Assembly (NCBI GenBank): GCA_041483195.1
Contig: JBGPFC010000012.1
Coordinates: 33,364 to 97,363, forward strand
Direction of reading: 5' to 3'
DNA: 64,000 nucleotides
Source of the DNA: Candidatus Eiseniibacteriota bacterium
Lineage (GTDB): Bacteria > Eisenbacteria > RBG-16-71-46
Shown here: positions 8,718 through 17,957 of the stretch, one piece after another
Numbering within the stretch: the first letter of the stretch is position 1
How the letters are laid out: every line of letters begins with the position of its first letter
Translations under genes and position numbers: made by a program
Notes under the pieces: generated by a model
The model's input: the letters and a program-made list of their open reading frames with translations, nothing else
What the model was told of the DNA's origin: nothing
The model's database searches: none

Positions 8718-10937
8718 TCAACCCTCGTCCAGCCGCTCCCGCAGGCCCGCGACGTCGATCTGGATCGACGGGCTCGCGCGCATCAGCTCTTCGAGCGCCT
8801 GCTCGCGCGGCCGCACGGCGCGCCCAGCTGGCCGCCGGTCCTCGAGCGCCGGCCAGAGCGCGGCCTTCACGTCGGCGGGGAGCGTGGACTCGAGGTACTC
8901 GAGCGCGGTGCCGCGCAGCCGCGCGTCGCCGCCCTCGATCGCCCGCGAGGCGAGCCGCAGCGGCTCGCCGGGGAGCGCCAGCGCGAGCAGCGCGAACACC
9001 AGCTCCAGCGTCTGGCGGGCGCGCTCGCGCACCACGGTGTCGAGCGCGGAGCCCGGAAGCGCGGCGAGCGCGCCGACGCGCGGCGGTCCTGCGTTCCACA
9101 GCTCGCGCCCGAGCAGCGCCTCGCGGGCCGCGGCCGCGAACACGCGGCCCTCGTCGAACGCGAGCGCCGGGTTGCGCTCGTGCATGCGCCGCAGCGCACG
9201 GGCGGAGTGGAAGCGCACCTCGAAGCGCACGTCGTCGAGCCCGCGCAGCAGGCCGTCCACCGCTCCCGCGGAATCGCACACCGCCAGGGCGCGCGGCAGG
9301 CGACGGCGCACCGCGAAATCGGTCTCGGGATCGAGCAGTACGCGCACCAGCTCCATGGTGAATCGCGGCGCGGCCTCGCGCAGCGCGCGCAAGGCGTCGG
9401 CCGCCGCGTCGTCGCGCGCGAGCAGCGCGATGGCGTGCGCGAGCACAGCTGGATCGAGCGGACCGTCCGCGAGCGCGGCGCACACACGCGCGCCGTCGAA
9501 GGATTGCAGCGCGGCGATGCGCTCGAGCGCCGGGTCCGAAGCGGGCGGCGCGCCCGGTTGCGCGCCGGAAGTCGCGCCGGCCTCGGGGGCTCGGTGTTCG
9601 CCGGCGGCCCACGCCGCGCGCAGCGCGGTCACGTCGATGCCGCGGCTGCCGAGGGTCAGGATCATGGTGTCGCGCGTGGTGCGGTCGCGCACGTCTTCGG
9701 CGTCGAGCGCGACGGCGCCGCGCAGCAGCCCGCGCTCGAGCGCCGCGACGTAACCGCGGTGGAGCCGCAGCGCGAGCGCGACGCCCGCGATCGAGAGCGC
9801 GACGCTCGCGAGCAGCATCGCGGGGTGCGAACGCTCCGGGCCGAGCAACATGAGCAGCGCGGCCGCGCCACCCCCGAGCGCGTCGCCGGCGCGATCGAAG
9901 CCGACGTCCACCAGGGTCTTGGTCGCGCGGCGATCGTGCGGCGCGAGCGGCGTGAAGAGCAGCTCGTAGCCGGAGCGGAAGACCGAGCTGCGGACCACCG
10001 CCTCGATCGCGCGGCCGATCGCGACGCTCGCGACGCCCGGGACGAGCAGCGCGCCGGCGCCGCCGATCGCGACGCCGGCCGGGAGCAGCGCCGTGGTGCG
10101 CGCGAGCCCGGCCCGCTCCAGGCACCAGCGCCCGCAGGTGGCCTGCGCCAGGAACGTGAGCAGCGCGATCCCCGCGTAGAACGCGGAGAGCATGCGCATC
10201 AGGTCCCTGCCGCGCGGATAGGCCGCGGTGACGCGCGCCTTGAACACCACGTCGAGCAGCACGACCGCGACCGTCACCGTCACCGTGAGCCACGCGATGT
10301 TCCGGAGCAGCGGCGTCTCGCGGAACACGCGCAGGGCCGAGCGCTGCGGCGCGGCATCGGCCGGCGCGGCGGGTTGCGCGAGCGGCACCAGGCCGCGCGC
10401 GGCGACGGCGCATGCGACGTGGAGCGCCGCGAGCACCGGCAGGATCGAGATCACGTCGAAGCGCGCGCCGAAGCGCTCGGCGACCAGGCCGCCCGCGACG
10501 CCGCCCAGCGTGCCGGCCGCGCCGATCGTGCCCATGCGCCGCCGCGCGGTGCGCGGATCGAACGCTTCGGTCACCTGCGACCAGAACGCGGAGGCGAGCG
10601 CCGTGCCGAACGCCGAGACGTGGAGGAACACCGCCACCGCGATCACGCCCGGCGCGCGCGCGGCGAGCGCCCACTCGATCAGCGTGAGCGCTGCGCTGGC
10701 CGCGAACGCGGCGGGCACGACTCGCGCGGGGCCGCGTGCGCTCAGCGCGCGCGCGAACAGCGCCGCCAGCAGGATCGAGCAGACCGCGGCCGCGATCAGG
10801 GCCGCCGGCAGCCGCGCCACGCCGAAGCGCGAGAGAAAGAGCGCGTCGCGCGTGGCGCGGGATGCGACCTGCTGGGCGATCATCGCGGCCGCCGTGATCA
10901 TCGCGGCGCGGGCTGCGGGATCCGTGGGGCGGGTCAT
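8718..10937 (-). CDS. Npt/TLC (ATP/ADP translocase-like) MFS transporter fused to HEAT-like repeats
   Basis: TRDALFLSRFG, FWSQVTEAFDPRTARR, RSGYELLFTPL...ATKTLVDVGFDRAGDALG; helical C-terminal half (VRFHSARAL, RGTALEYLE). Confidence 0.75.
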   Translation of the reverse strand: MTRPTDPAARAAMITAAAMIAQQVASRATRDALFLSRFGVARLPAALIAAAVCSILLAALFARALSARGPARVVPAAFAASAALTLIEWALAARAPGVIAVAVFLHVSAFGTALASAFWSQVTEAFDPRTARRRMGTIGAAGTLGGVAGGLVAERFGARFDVISILPVLAALHVACAVAARGLVPLAQPAAPADAAPQRSALRVFRETPLLRNIAWLTVTVTVAVVLLDVVFKARVTAAYPRGRDLMRMLSAFYAGIALLTFLAQATCGRWCLERAGLARTTALLPAGVAIGGAGALLVPGVASVAIGRAIEAVVRSSVFRSGYELLFTPLAPHDRRATKTLVDVGFDRAGDALGGGAAALLMLLGPERSHPAMLLASVALSIAGVALALRLHRGYVAALERGLLRGAVALDAEDVRDRTTRDTMILTLGSRGIDVTALRAAWAAGEHRAPEAGATSGAQPGAPPASDPALERIAALQSFDGARVCAALADGPLDPAVLAHAIALLARDDAAADALRALREAAPRFTMELVRVLLDPETDFAVRRRLPRALAVCDSAGAVDGLLRGLDDVRFEVRFHSARALRRMHERNPALAFDEGRVFAAAAREALLGRELWNAGPPRVGALAALPGSALDTVVRERARQTLELVFALLALALPGEPLRLASRAIEGGDARLRGTALEYLESTLPADVKAALWPALEDRRPAGRAVRPREQALEELMRASPSIQIDVAGLRERLDEG

Positions 10938-11067
10938 CCGCGCGAGTATGACGTGGCGGGATCGATGCGCGCCAGCCCTGTGCTAGGCTCGCCCGCCGTG
11001 ACCCACGCTCCCATCACGGCGCCGCCGCCGGAGCACCGCCCGCACCGCGAGAACGAGGAACGCGATC

Positions 11068-12096
11068 ATGCCAACGTTGCGTGAGGTCGGCGAGTTCGAG
11101 GCGATCCGCCTGCTCACGCACGCGCGCGGCCGCGCGCGGGGCGACGAGGCGGCGGGCGTGGTGGCGGGCCCCGGCGACGACGCGGCCGTGCTGCGCGTGG
11201 ATCCCGGCGACGACCTGATCGCCACCACCGACGCGTTCGTCGAGGGACGCCACTACCTGCCGGCCTGGCTCACGCCCGCCGAGGTGGGCGCGCGGCTCGC
11301 CGCCGCGAACCTGAGCGACCTCGCCGCGATGGCGGCGCGGCCGCGCTGGGCGCTGCTCTCGATCGGGGTGCGCGCCGGGCACGACATGGATGCGCTGCTG
11401 GCGTTGCAGCGCGGCGCGAGCGCCGCCCTTGCGGCGGAAGGCGCCGCGATCGTGGGCGGCAATCTCGCGGCGGTGGACGGCGCGGAGTGGTGGAGCCTCA
11501 CGCTGCTGGGCGCTGCGCCGCGCGGCCGCGCGTGGACGCGGCACGGCGCGCGCCCCGGCGACCTGCTTGCGGTGACCGGCTCGCCGGGACGCGCCGGCGC
11601 GGGGCTGCGGATCGCGACACGCGAGGATCGCATCGCTCGCGCGCCCGAGTGGGCGACGCTGCTCGATGCGTGGCTCCGCCCGCGCCCGCGAGTCGCGTTC
11701 GCGCTCGCGCTCGCGCCATCGCGCGCGGTGACCGCCGCGATCGACATCTCGGACGGACTGGCCGGCGATCTCTCGCGGCTGTGCGAGGCGAGCGGGGTGG
11801 GCTGCGCGATCGAGGCCGCAACCTGGCCGCCCGATCCGCTGCTGGAGCGGGCCGCGAAAGCGCTCGGCGTCACGGCGGGCGCTTTACGCGTCGCGCCGAG
11901 CGACGACTACGAGCTGGCGCTCGCCGTGGATCCCGCGGGGCGCGCGGCGTGCGAGGAGGCGGCGCGCGCGAGGGGCGTGCCGCTCGCGTTCGTGGGGCGC
12001 TTCACCGATTCGCCGGGCGCATGCGTCGTGCTGGGCCCGGGAGGCGAGGCGCCGCTCGGCGACGCGGGATTCGACCACTTCGCCGCCGACCGCTGA
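11068..12096 (+). CDS. thiL: Thiamine-monophosphate kinase
   Basis: [49 protein letters not shown]. Confidence 0.93.
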   Translation: MPTLREVGEFEAIRLLTHARGRARGDEAAGVVAGPGDDAAVLRVDPGDDLIATTDAFVEGRHYLPAWLTPAEVGARLAAANLSDLAAMAARPRWALLSIGVRAGHDMDALLALQRGASAALAAEGAAIVGGNLAAVDGAEWWSLTLLGAAPRGRAWTRHGARPGDLLAVTGSPGRAGAGLRIATREDRIARAPEWATLLDAWLRPRPRVAFALALAPSRAVTAAIDISDGLAGDLSRLCEASGVGCAIEAATWPPDPLLERAAKALGVTAGALRVAPSDDYELALAVDPAGRAACEEAARARGVPLAFVGRFTDSPGACVVLGPGGEAPLGDAGFDHFAADR

Positions 12097-12098
12097 AG

Positions 12099-13055
12099 TC
12101 AGCGGTACAGCACCTTGATGCGTCCCCAGGTGCTGGTCCGGGTCGGCGTCGAGCACAGCGGGCCGCTCGAGAAGTTCGGGTGCGCGACGTCCCAGAAAGT
12201 ATTCCCGTACTGCGTCGCCGTGCCGCAGAACACCAGGTCGTAGCCGGTCGGCACCGCGTTGAGAAACCCGCTCGTCGGCCACACGAGCGCCGTCATCGCG
12301 GTCGCGAGATTGCCCTGGGCTCCCGAGCCCCACTGCACGAAGTCGATGATCTGGCTCACCTCGGTGAGGCCGCTGCCGGCCCCCGTGACCGGGGTCGCCG
12401 AATTCGGCACGTAGAGCGCGATCGATCCGGCCGTCGGGAGGTCGCCGAGGCCGCCCATGAAGAGATTGGTCGCGGTGTTGGTGCCGGCCTCGTTGGTGTG
12501 AATGGTGACGCGTCCGCCGGTGAACACCGTGACGCTGTTGAGCGGGACGAACTGCACGGGGGCGCCGTTCACGCTGATGCGGTAGCGGCCGAGGTCGCCG
12601 GTGTCGCCGCCCATGTTGGTGATCTCGATGCGATCGAGGCCGCCCGCCTGGTTGTATTCGAGTTCGGTGATCCGAAAGTTCGAGACCGGGATGCCCGAGG
12701 CGCTGATCGTGAGCGATCCCGTCATGCCGGAGAACTCGTGCTGCACGCAGTAGTAGGGCACGCTGCCGGTCTGTGTGCTCTTCCAGCTGAACGCGTTCCC
12801 GCTCGTGAGCTGGAGGTTGGTCAGGAACAGCGAGCCCGCGCCGGGGTCGCTGGAGCCCGCGCCGCTCTCCACCGTGTGCCCGCCCCCGGTCCACACCCAC
12901 ACCACCTGATCGCCCTGGTTGAGCGCGATCGAGTTCGGAAGGAACGTAAAGGACCCGGTGGCGTTGATCCGCACCTGCCCGGCATGAGCGCCGCTCGCGA
13001 AGCTCGAGAGCAGGACGAGCGCCGCCATGAACACGAATAGTCGCGAACGTCGCAT
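12099..13055 (-). CDS. Secreted cupredoxin (type-1 copper) domain + lamin-tail-like domain protein with C-terminal TWG motif
   Basis: Signal AHA-G; HTV...YYCVQHEFSGM (His/Cys/His/Met ligands); RITELEY...DRIEITN...IIDFVQWG; ends STWGRIKVLYR. Confidence 0.75.
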   Translation of the reverse strand: MRRSRLFVFMAALVLLSSFASGAHAGQVRINATGSFTFLPNSIALNQGDQVVWVWTGGGHTVESGAGSSDPGAGSLFLTNLQLTSGNAFSWKSTQTGSVPYYCVQHEFSGMTGSLTISASGIPVSNFRITELEYNQAGGLDRIEITNMGGDTGDLGRYRISVNGAPVQFVPLNSVTVFTGGRVTIHTNEAGTNTATNLFMGGLGDLPTAGSIALYVPNSATPVTGAGSGLTEVSQIIDFVQWGSGAQGNLATAMTALVWPTSGFLNAVPTGYDLVFCGTATQYGNTFWDVAHPNFSSGPLCSTPTRTSTWGRIKVLYR

Positions 13056-13076
13056 GTGTATCTCCGGGGTGCGGGG

Positions 13077-13994
13077 CTAACGCCCGCGGCGCGTCGCGCC
13101 CCGCGCGCTGGCGCGGGAGGCGCTGGTGCTGCGTGCTGCGGCCGTCGCCTTGATGGAGGGTGTGCTGCGGCGCGCGGCCTGCGCGTTGACGGAGATGGTC
13201 GCGCCGCGCGTGGACGGCGCGGGCTTCGAGACGGTCGCGCGCTTCGCGACCGGTACGGGCTTCGCGGCCGGCGCGCGCTTCGCGGGCGGCGTGGGCTTCG
13301 CGACCGCCGTCTTGCCAACGTAGGCGGGCTTCGCCACCACCGCCACGCGCGGCGCGGGGCCCATCATCGCGGGACGGAGATCGAGCTGGTCTTCCATGAG
13401 ACCGAAGCGCGCCTCGTGCTGGAGCAGCCAGCGCTTGCGCGGCACGCCGCCGCCGTAGCCCACCAGGCCGCCGTCGGCGCCGATCACGCGGTGACATGGC
13501 ACGATGATCGCGATCGGGTTGTCATGATTCGCGAGGCCCACCGCGCGCGCGGCCTTCGGCTGGCCGATCGCCTTCGCGATCTGGCCGTAGGTGCGGGTGC
13601 GCGCGTAGGGAATCTGTCGCAGCTGGTTCCACACCGCCTGCTGGAACTCGGTGCCCACCGGATCGAGCGCCAGGTCGAACTCGGTGAGCGTGCCGCAGAA
13701 ATATGACTCGAACTGATCCACCACCGCTTTGAGCTCGAGCAGCGAGGCTTCCCACTTCGCATCCGGGCAATCCGCCTCGTGACGCTGGATCATGCGCCGG
13801 ATGCTCTTGCGATCCATGAACTCGGTATAACGCAGCCCGCGCTCGGTGCGTGCGAGAAACAGGAGCCCGAGCGGCGGGGGCGCGGACATCACATGGTAGG
13901 CGAGTCGCACGGGGTCAGGATACCGGAGCGCTTCGCGAGTGCCAAGCGCGCGCGTCGAATCCGGTGCGCTGCGCGTGGACTCCCGGGCGGTCAT
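13077..13994 (-). CDS. ogt: Methylated-DNA--protein-cysteine methyltransferase with Lys/Ala/Pro-rich C-terminal tail
   Basis: GTEFQQAVW, TYGQIA, ARAVG, NPIAIIVPCHRVIG; start codon uncertain. Confidence 0.9.
   Translation of the reverse strand: MTARESTRSAPDSTRALGTREALRYPDPVRLAYHVMSAPPPLGLLFLARTERGLRYTEFMDRKSIRRMIQRHEADCPDAKWEASLLELKAVVDQFESYFCGTLTEFDLALDPVGTEFQQAVWNQLRQIPYARTRTYGQIAKAIGQPKAARAVGLANHDNPIAIIVPCHRVIGADGGLVGYGGGVPRKRWLLQHEARFGLMEDQLDLRPAMMGPAPRVAVVAKPAYVGKTAVAKPTPPAKRAPAAKPVPVAKRATVSKPAPSTRGATISVNAQAARRSTPSIKATAAARSTSASRASARGATRRGR
13221..13335 (-). repeat. 18-bp-period degenerate tandem repeat encoding AK(P/R)xxx hexapeptides
   Basis: G(G/C)GCTTCG recurs at 13221, 13239, 13257, 13275, 13293 and 13326. 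Confidence 0.7.
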
Positions 13995-14038
13995 GTTTAC
14001 GGACGCTCAACCCGGAGACGCGCATCGGGTAGGGCAAT

Positions 14039-14746
14039 CTACGCGTCCCGCGCAGGGCCGATGCGTGGGATTACGCGCCCGGTCCGCGCGCGATAGCGAA
14101 GGTAGGCCTCGCCGAAGTGCGCCTCGAGCAGCGCCTCCTCGCGCCTCGCGCGCAGCTCGAGGGCGATCGTCATGAGCGCGACGCCCGCGAGCCCCACCGC
14201 GCTGCCGAACGCGAGGGCCGCGCCCAAGTTCGCGAGCCAGGCTCCCGCGTAGCCGGGATGTCGCACCACGCCGTACACGCCGCGGGTCTCGAGCGCGTGA
14301 TCGCGCTGGATGGCGGGGAACGGGGCGAAGCGGCGCCCGAGCCGCACCATCGCCGCGGTGCGCAGCGCGAGACCGCAGGCGGCGAGCGCGACGCCGCCCC
14401 ATCGCAGCGCGTCGCCCCCTGGGAGCGGCCAGAGCGCGAAGCGCTCGCCCCATGCCGCGAGCGGCGGGGTGAGCATCGGGATCGCGAACAGCGCGATCAG
14501 CAGGAGTGCGGGGTCGCGATCCTCGCGCGCGGTGTCGAGCGCGCGCACCGGACGCAGGAAGCCGAGCAGCGTCGCGCCCGCGCCCCAGATCGCGAGCAGC
14601 GCCAGCGCGCGCGGGTGCGCGCGCAGCGGCGCGATGCCGCCGAGCGCGAGTGCGAGCAGCACGGCATCAAGCGCCGTGACCGCGAGGGCCATGGTCAGCG
14701 TGATGAGGGGATGTCGCGCCGCCGGGGGTTGCGGCGAATCGTTCAC
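14039..14746 (-). CDS. Isoprenylcysteine carboxyl methyltransferase (ICMT/PEMT) family membrane protein
   Basis: GVYGVVRHPGYAG, REEALLEAHFGEAYLRY. Confidence 0.85.
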   Translation of the reverse strand: MNDSPQPPAARHPLITLTMALAVTALDAVLLALALGGIAPLRAHPRALALLAIWGAGATLLGFLRPVRALDTAREDRDPALLLIALFAIPMLTPPLAAWGERFALWPLPGGDALRWGGVALAACGLALRTAAMVRLGRRFAPFPAIQRDHALETRGVYGVVRHPGYAGAWLANLGAALAFGSAVGLAGVALMTIALELRARREEALLEAHFGEAYLRYRARTGRVIPRIGPARDA

Positions 14747-14832
14747 GCGGCCACTCTACCAACTTGGCGGGCGCGCGTCACCGCGATAGGGTTCGCGCCT
14801 CGAGCCCCCCGCCGCCCCGTGAGGAGGATGTG

Positions 14833-15366
14833 ATGGAGGAGTTCCTTTCGCAGTTTCATCCGCAGCTGGTGCACACCCCGATCGCGCTGATCATCGTGGG
14901 CGCCCTGTTCGAGCTGGCGGGCCGCGCGATGGACACCGAGTGGATGCGCAAGGCGGCGTTCGCGATGCTGATCGTCGGCGTGCTGGGCGCGTACGGAGCG
15001 GTGCTCTCCGGCGAAGGCGCGAGCGAGAAGGCCGAGCACGCGGGGATTCCCGAGGCGACCGTGGACCGCCACGGGGACCTGGCGAAGATCGCGCTCTGGC
15101 TCGGGGTCGCGGCGGTGCTGACGCGCGCGATCGCGGGGCGCACCGGCCGCGTGAAGGCCGCGGTGGGCGGGCTCGCGCTGGTGCTGCACCTCGCGGCCGC
15201 GACCACCGTGGGCTTCGCGGCGCACCGCGGCGGCAAGCTGGTGTACGAATACGGCGCCAACGTGCGCGTGAACGGCGTGCCGGTGTTGAAGCCGAAGCCC
15301 GGCGCGACGAACGAACACGGCGCGGGCGGCGAGAAGAGCGGGGAGAAGCGCGGAGACGGCGACTGA
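14833..15366 (+). CDS. DUF2231-like membrane protein
   Basis: GAGGAGG RBS; HPQLVHTPIAL, SGE, HRGGKLVYEYG; 4 TM segments. Confidence 0.8.
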   Translation: MEEFLSQFHPQLVHTPIALIIVGALFELAGRAMDTEWMRKAAFAMLIVGVLGAYGAVLSGEGASEKAEHAGIPEATVDRHGDLAKIALWLGVAAVLTRAIAGRTGRVKAAVGGLALVLHLAAATTVGFAAHRGGKLVYEYGANVRVNGVPVLKPKPGATNEHGAGGEKSGEKRGDGD

Positions 15367-15411
15367 GATCGCGGGGGCGCTAGTCGCCGCGAGGGCGCCG
15401 CCCGCACACGA

Positions 15412-16356
15412 TTATTTCTTGGCCTTGTATGGCCCCAAGAACTTGGGACCATTGAAGTGGATCAAGTGGTCGGGCCGGTCGGCGATCCACACCTCGGTTT
15501 CCCATGCGATGTCGCCCGCGTGCCTTCTGAATCCAGGCGTGTCGAGAAAGGCCGTGACGTAAACGCGCTCGGCTGGACAAGTGCACATCAGCTTTTCAAG
15601 TTCCGCGCGCCGCTTGGGAGAGATAGGGCCGTGCGATGTGACCGCTTCGATTAGGAAGATCCAGTTTTTCTCCGGCCAGTAGAGGATGATGTCAGGCAAC
15701 TTGTCGTGCTGGGTGATAGGCACGCTGAGGCCCCTGAGCCGGGCGTCGGCGAGCACCACGTCCTTGCGCGCAGTGTCCCCGACATACAGCACCTCGCTGC
15801 CAGGGGCAAAGCGAGGGCCGAATTGCTCGATCACGGCGACCTGAAGAGCGTTGTGGCTGCCGGGGGATAGGAACACCGTGCAGCCGTCTGGCAGTTTGAG
15901 GCGCACGAGATGAGACTTGCGAGCCTGCTCGTAAGAGGCTGCTAGTGATCCGTGCTTGGCGACAAAGCCATTGGCGGCAGCAGCGAATCTCCGCTTCCCG
16001 TAGGCTTTGAGAACGCGCAGAGCATCGGGTGTGAGGCGGTAGGCATTCTTACCACTGTTGGTAGGTCGCGCCGGGTCGTCAGGGTTCCTGTCGACGATTC
16101 TCGCCTGCTCGAATTGGTGCAGGGTTTGCCGGCGAAACGTCTCGCGTGAATTTGCCGCATAGTTCTTGCCGTGGTGCTTCCGGATGAAGGCCATGATGTC
16201 CACAGTGCGCAAGAGCGGAGACTCGGCGTCCTCCCAGGATGTCTTCGGGCGCAAATTCGCGAGGGCGAGCAACGTGAGAGCCGAGCGCGCATTCTGCTGG
16301 GCCCGCGGAACTCCTAACGAAGCGAGGATCTTGGCGGCCTCGGATGCCCTGCTCAA
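15412..16356 (-). CDS. Type II restriction endonuclease, BsuBI/PstI family
   Basis: YAANSRETFRRQTLHQF, LSPGSHNAL, YVGDT, HDKLPDII, IEAVTSHGPI, IAWETEVW; TTG start overlaps the MTase stop. Confidence 0.92.
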   Translation of the reverse strand: MSRASEAAKILASLGVPRAQQNARSALTLLALANLRPKTSWEDAESPLLRTVDIMAFIRKHHGKNYAANSRETFRRQTLHQFEQARIVDRNPDDPARPTNSGKNAYRLTPDALRVLKAYGKRRFAAAANGFVAKHGSLAASYEQARKSHLVRLKLPDGCTVFLSPGSHNALQVAVIEQFGPRFAPGSEVLYVGDTARKDVVLADARLRGLSVPITQHDKLPDIILYWPEKNWIFLIEAVTSHGPISPKRRAELEKLMCTCPAERVYVTAFLDTPGFRRHAGDIAWETEVWIADRPDHLIHFNGPKFLGPYKAKK

Positions 16357-17924
16357 TTTTCGCGCTCCCTCAGGTAGCGCCTCAGAGGCTCGGCGACGTC
16401 TAGTTCGCGAAACACGGCTGCCTCAGCGCGCGCGTGCGTGATGGGCGCGAGTTCTTGAATCTTCGCGCCAATGCGCGCCACGGTCCGAAGGTCGGGAAGC
16501 GGCATGGACCGAATCTCGGTCGCATTCACCTGCGTGTTTCCGCTGATCGCGCGAAAATAGCGATCGAGCAACGCAGAGTTGAAGAGCGCAGTGAGCCCGA
16601 GGCACTCTTCCTCGGAGAGCTCGCGCTCCGCGTGGTAGACGTAGTTCAAGTGATTCTCCAGCGCAATCTCCGTCCGGAGCGCTTCCTTACGGAGGAAGCT
16701 GCTCGCGACAAGACGCCGGCGCTCCTCCTTCGCGGTGAATCGTCGAAGCAGGACGTAATTTCGCGCCGGGAGGACCAGCGCCTCGGACTTCGGCCGGACC
16801 GCGAACGCCGTTGGCTTGCGCCCCTTGTCGAGCGGCCAGATGGTTTCAAAGGCCCGCACGTTGTGGACCGAGAGCAGGGGGATGGTGTCGTCTCCCTCCA
16901 TGGCTGCGCGTAGGAATTCGGTGGCGCGAAATGAAACCACGGGACCCGTCGAAACGCGAAGTCCCAGCTCCGCGAACCGCTGCGGCCAACCCTCCACCAG
17001 CTTCATCACGCGCGAGTCATTGGGCTCTTCGGGGATACGGAGGACCATGTCGCCGGCGGTGTGGTCCAGGACGTGGGCCGAATGCAGCCTGCGGCGCGCG
17101 AGCCGCCGTGGGATATCCTGGCCGAAGCTCGTGGTGAGCGAGACGCGCGGCGCCTGAGCTTGCTTGGTGGTCTTCGTGACGACGCTCTCTTGGAGAACGT
17201 TCGCGTCGCGGAAGGTGTCCCTGCGTGACTCGAAGAGGTGGATGTGCTCGAGCGACATGCGCTCGAAAAACCATCTCCGGAAACCCCTAAAGTAGAGGCC
17301 GTTGCAGAAGCTCCGCGGCGTGATGGCGACAAGCTGTCCGCCGGTGCGGAGCAGGCTGGCCGCGAGCGCGAGGAAGAGTGCGTAGATGTTTGGCTGGCCG
17401 CGCACGACATTCCCCATCGCGCGCGTGTAGAGCGAGTCTCTTCCGATCTTGAAATATGGCGGGTTCATGATGACGGCGTCGAGTCCGTCCTGCCGATGCG
17501 CGTCCACGAAGAGCGAGGGCTGCGGCGCTGCCGCGAGGATGAAGTCCTCCTCGTGGAGCGAGTAAGTGAGCTCGTGTCCGGCGCGCTCAAGGGCCCGGCG
17601 GCATCGCTCGAGGCACGCTGCGAGCGACGGGAGCACGGACGGGTCGGTCTCGTAGAGCTCCAGATGGACTAGTCGCTTTGCCTTGAGTCCCAAGATGCGC
17701 TCGCACACCGCGGCCGAGAGAATTCCCGAGCCGGCGCCCGGGTCAAGCACGCGGATGCTTCGCGGAGGAATCTCGATGAGACCCGCCATGAAGCGCGCGA
17801 CTGGTGGGGGGGTGAAGAACTGCCCGTGGGCCTTGCTGTGAGAGCGTGGCGAGCGCGCTTGGTGCTGCTCTTGGAGTTCAAGGGCGGAGCTCAGGAGGCT
17901 CGGCGTAGTGATGGATTCGGTCAT
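16353..17924 (-). CDS. N6-adenine DNA methyltransferase, BsuBI/PstI (Eco57I-like) family
   Basis: GQFFTP, LDPGAGSG (motif I), NPPY (motif IV), STGPVVSFR, ENHLNY, SGNTQVNATE. Confidence 0.92.
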   Translation of the reverse strand: MTESITTPSLLSSALELQEQHQARSPRSHSKAHGQFFTPPPVARFMAGLIEIPPRSIRVLDPGAGSGILSAAVCERILGLKAKRLVHLELYETDPSVLPSLAACLERCRRALERAGHELTYSLHEEDFILAAAPQPSLFVDAHRQDGLDAVIMNPPYFKIGRDSLYTRAMGNVVRGQPNIYALFLALAASLLRTGGQLVAITPRSFCNGLYFRGFRRWFFERMSLEHIHLFESRRDTFRDANVLQESVVTKTTKQAQAPRVSLTTSFGQDIPRRLARRRLHSAHVLDHTAGDMVLRIPEEPNDSRVMKLVEGWPQRFAELGLRVSTGPVVSFRATEFLRAAMEGDDTIPLLSVHNVRAFETIWPLDKGRKPTAFAVRPKSEALVLPARNYVLLRRFTAKEERRRLVASSFLRKEALRTEIALENHLNYVYHAERELSEEECLGLTALFNSALLDRYFRAISGNTQVNATEIRSMPLPDLRTVARIGAKIQELAPITHARAEAAVFRELDVAEPLRRYLREREN

Positions 17925-17957
17925 GCGGGTCCGGTCTCCCGGGGGCTGCCTATTGCG

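Noticed and set aside
15367..17957. Mobile element carrying the R-M system
   Set aside because: No integrase, transposase, tRNA or flanking direct repeats seen.
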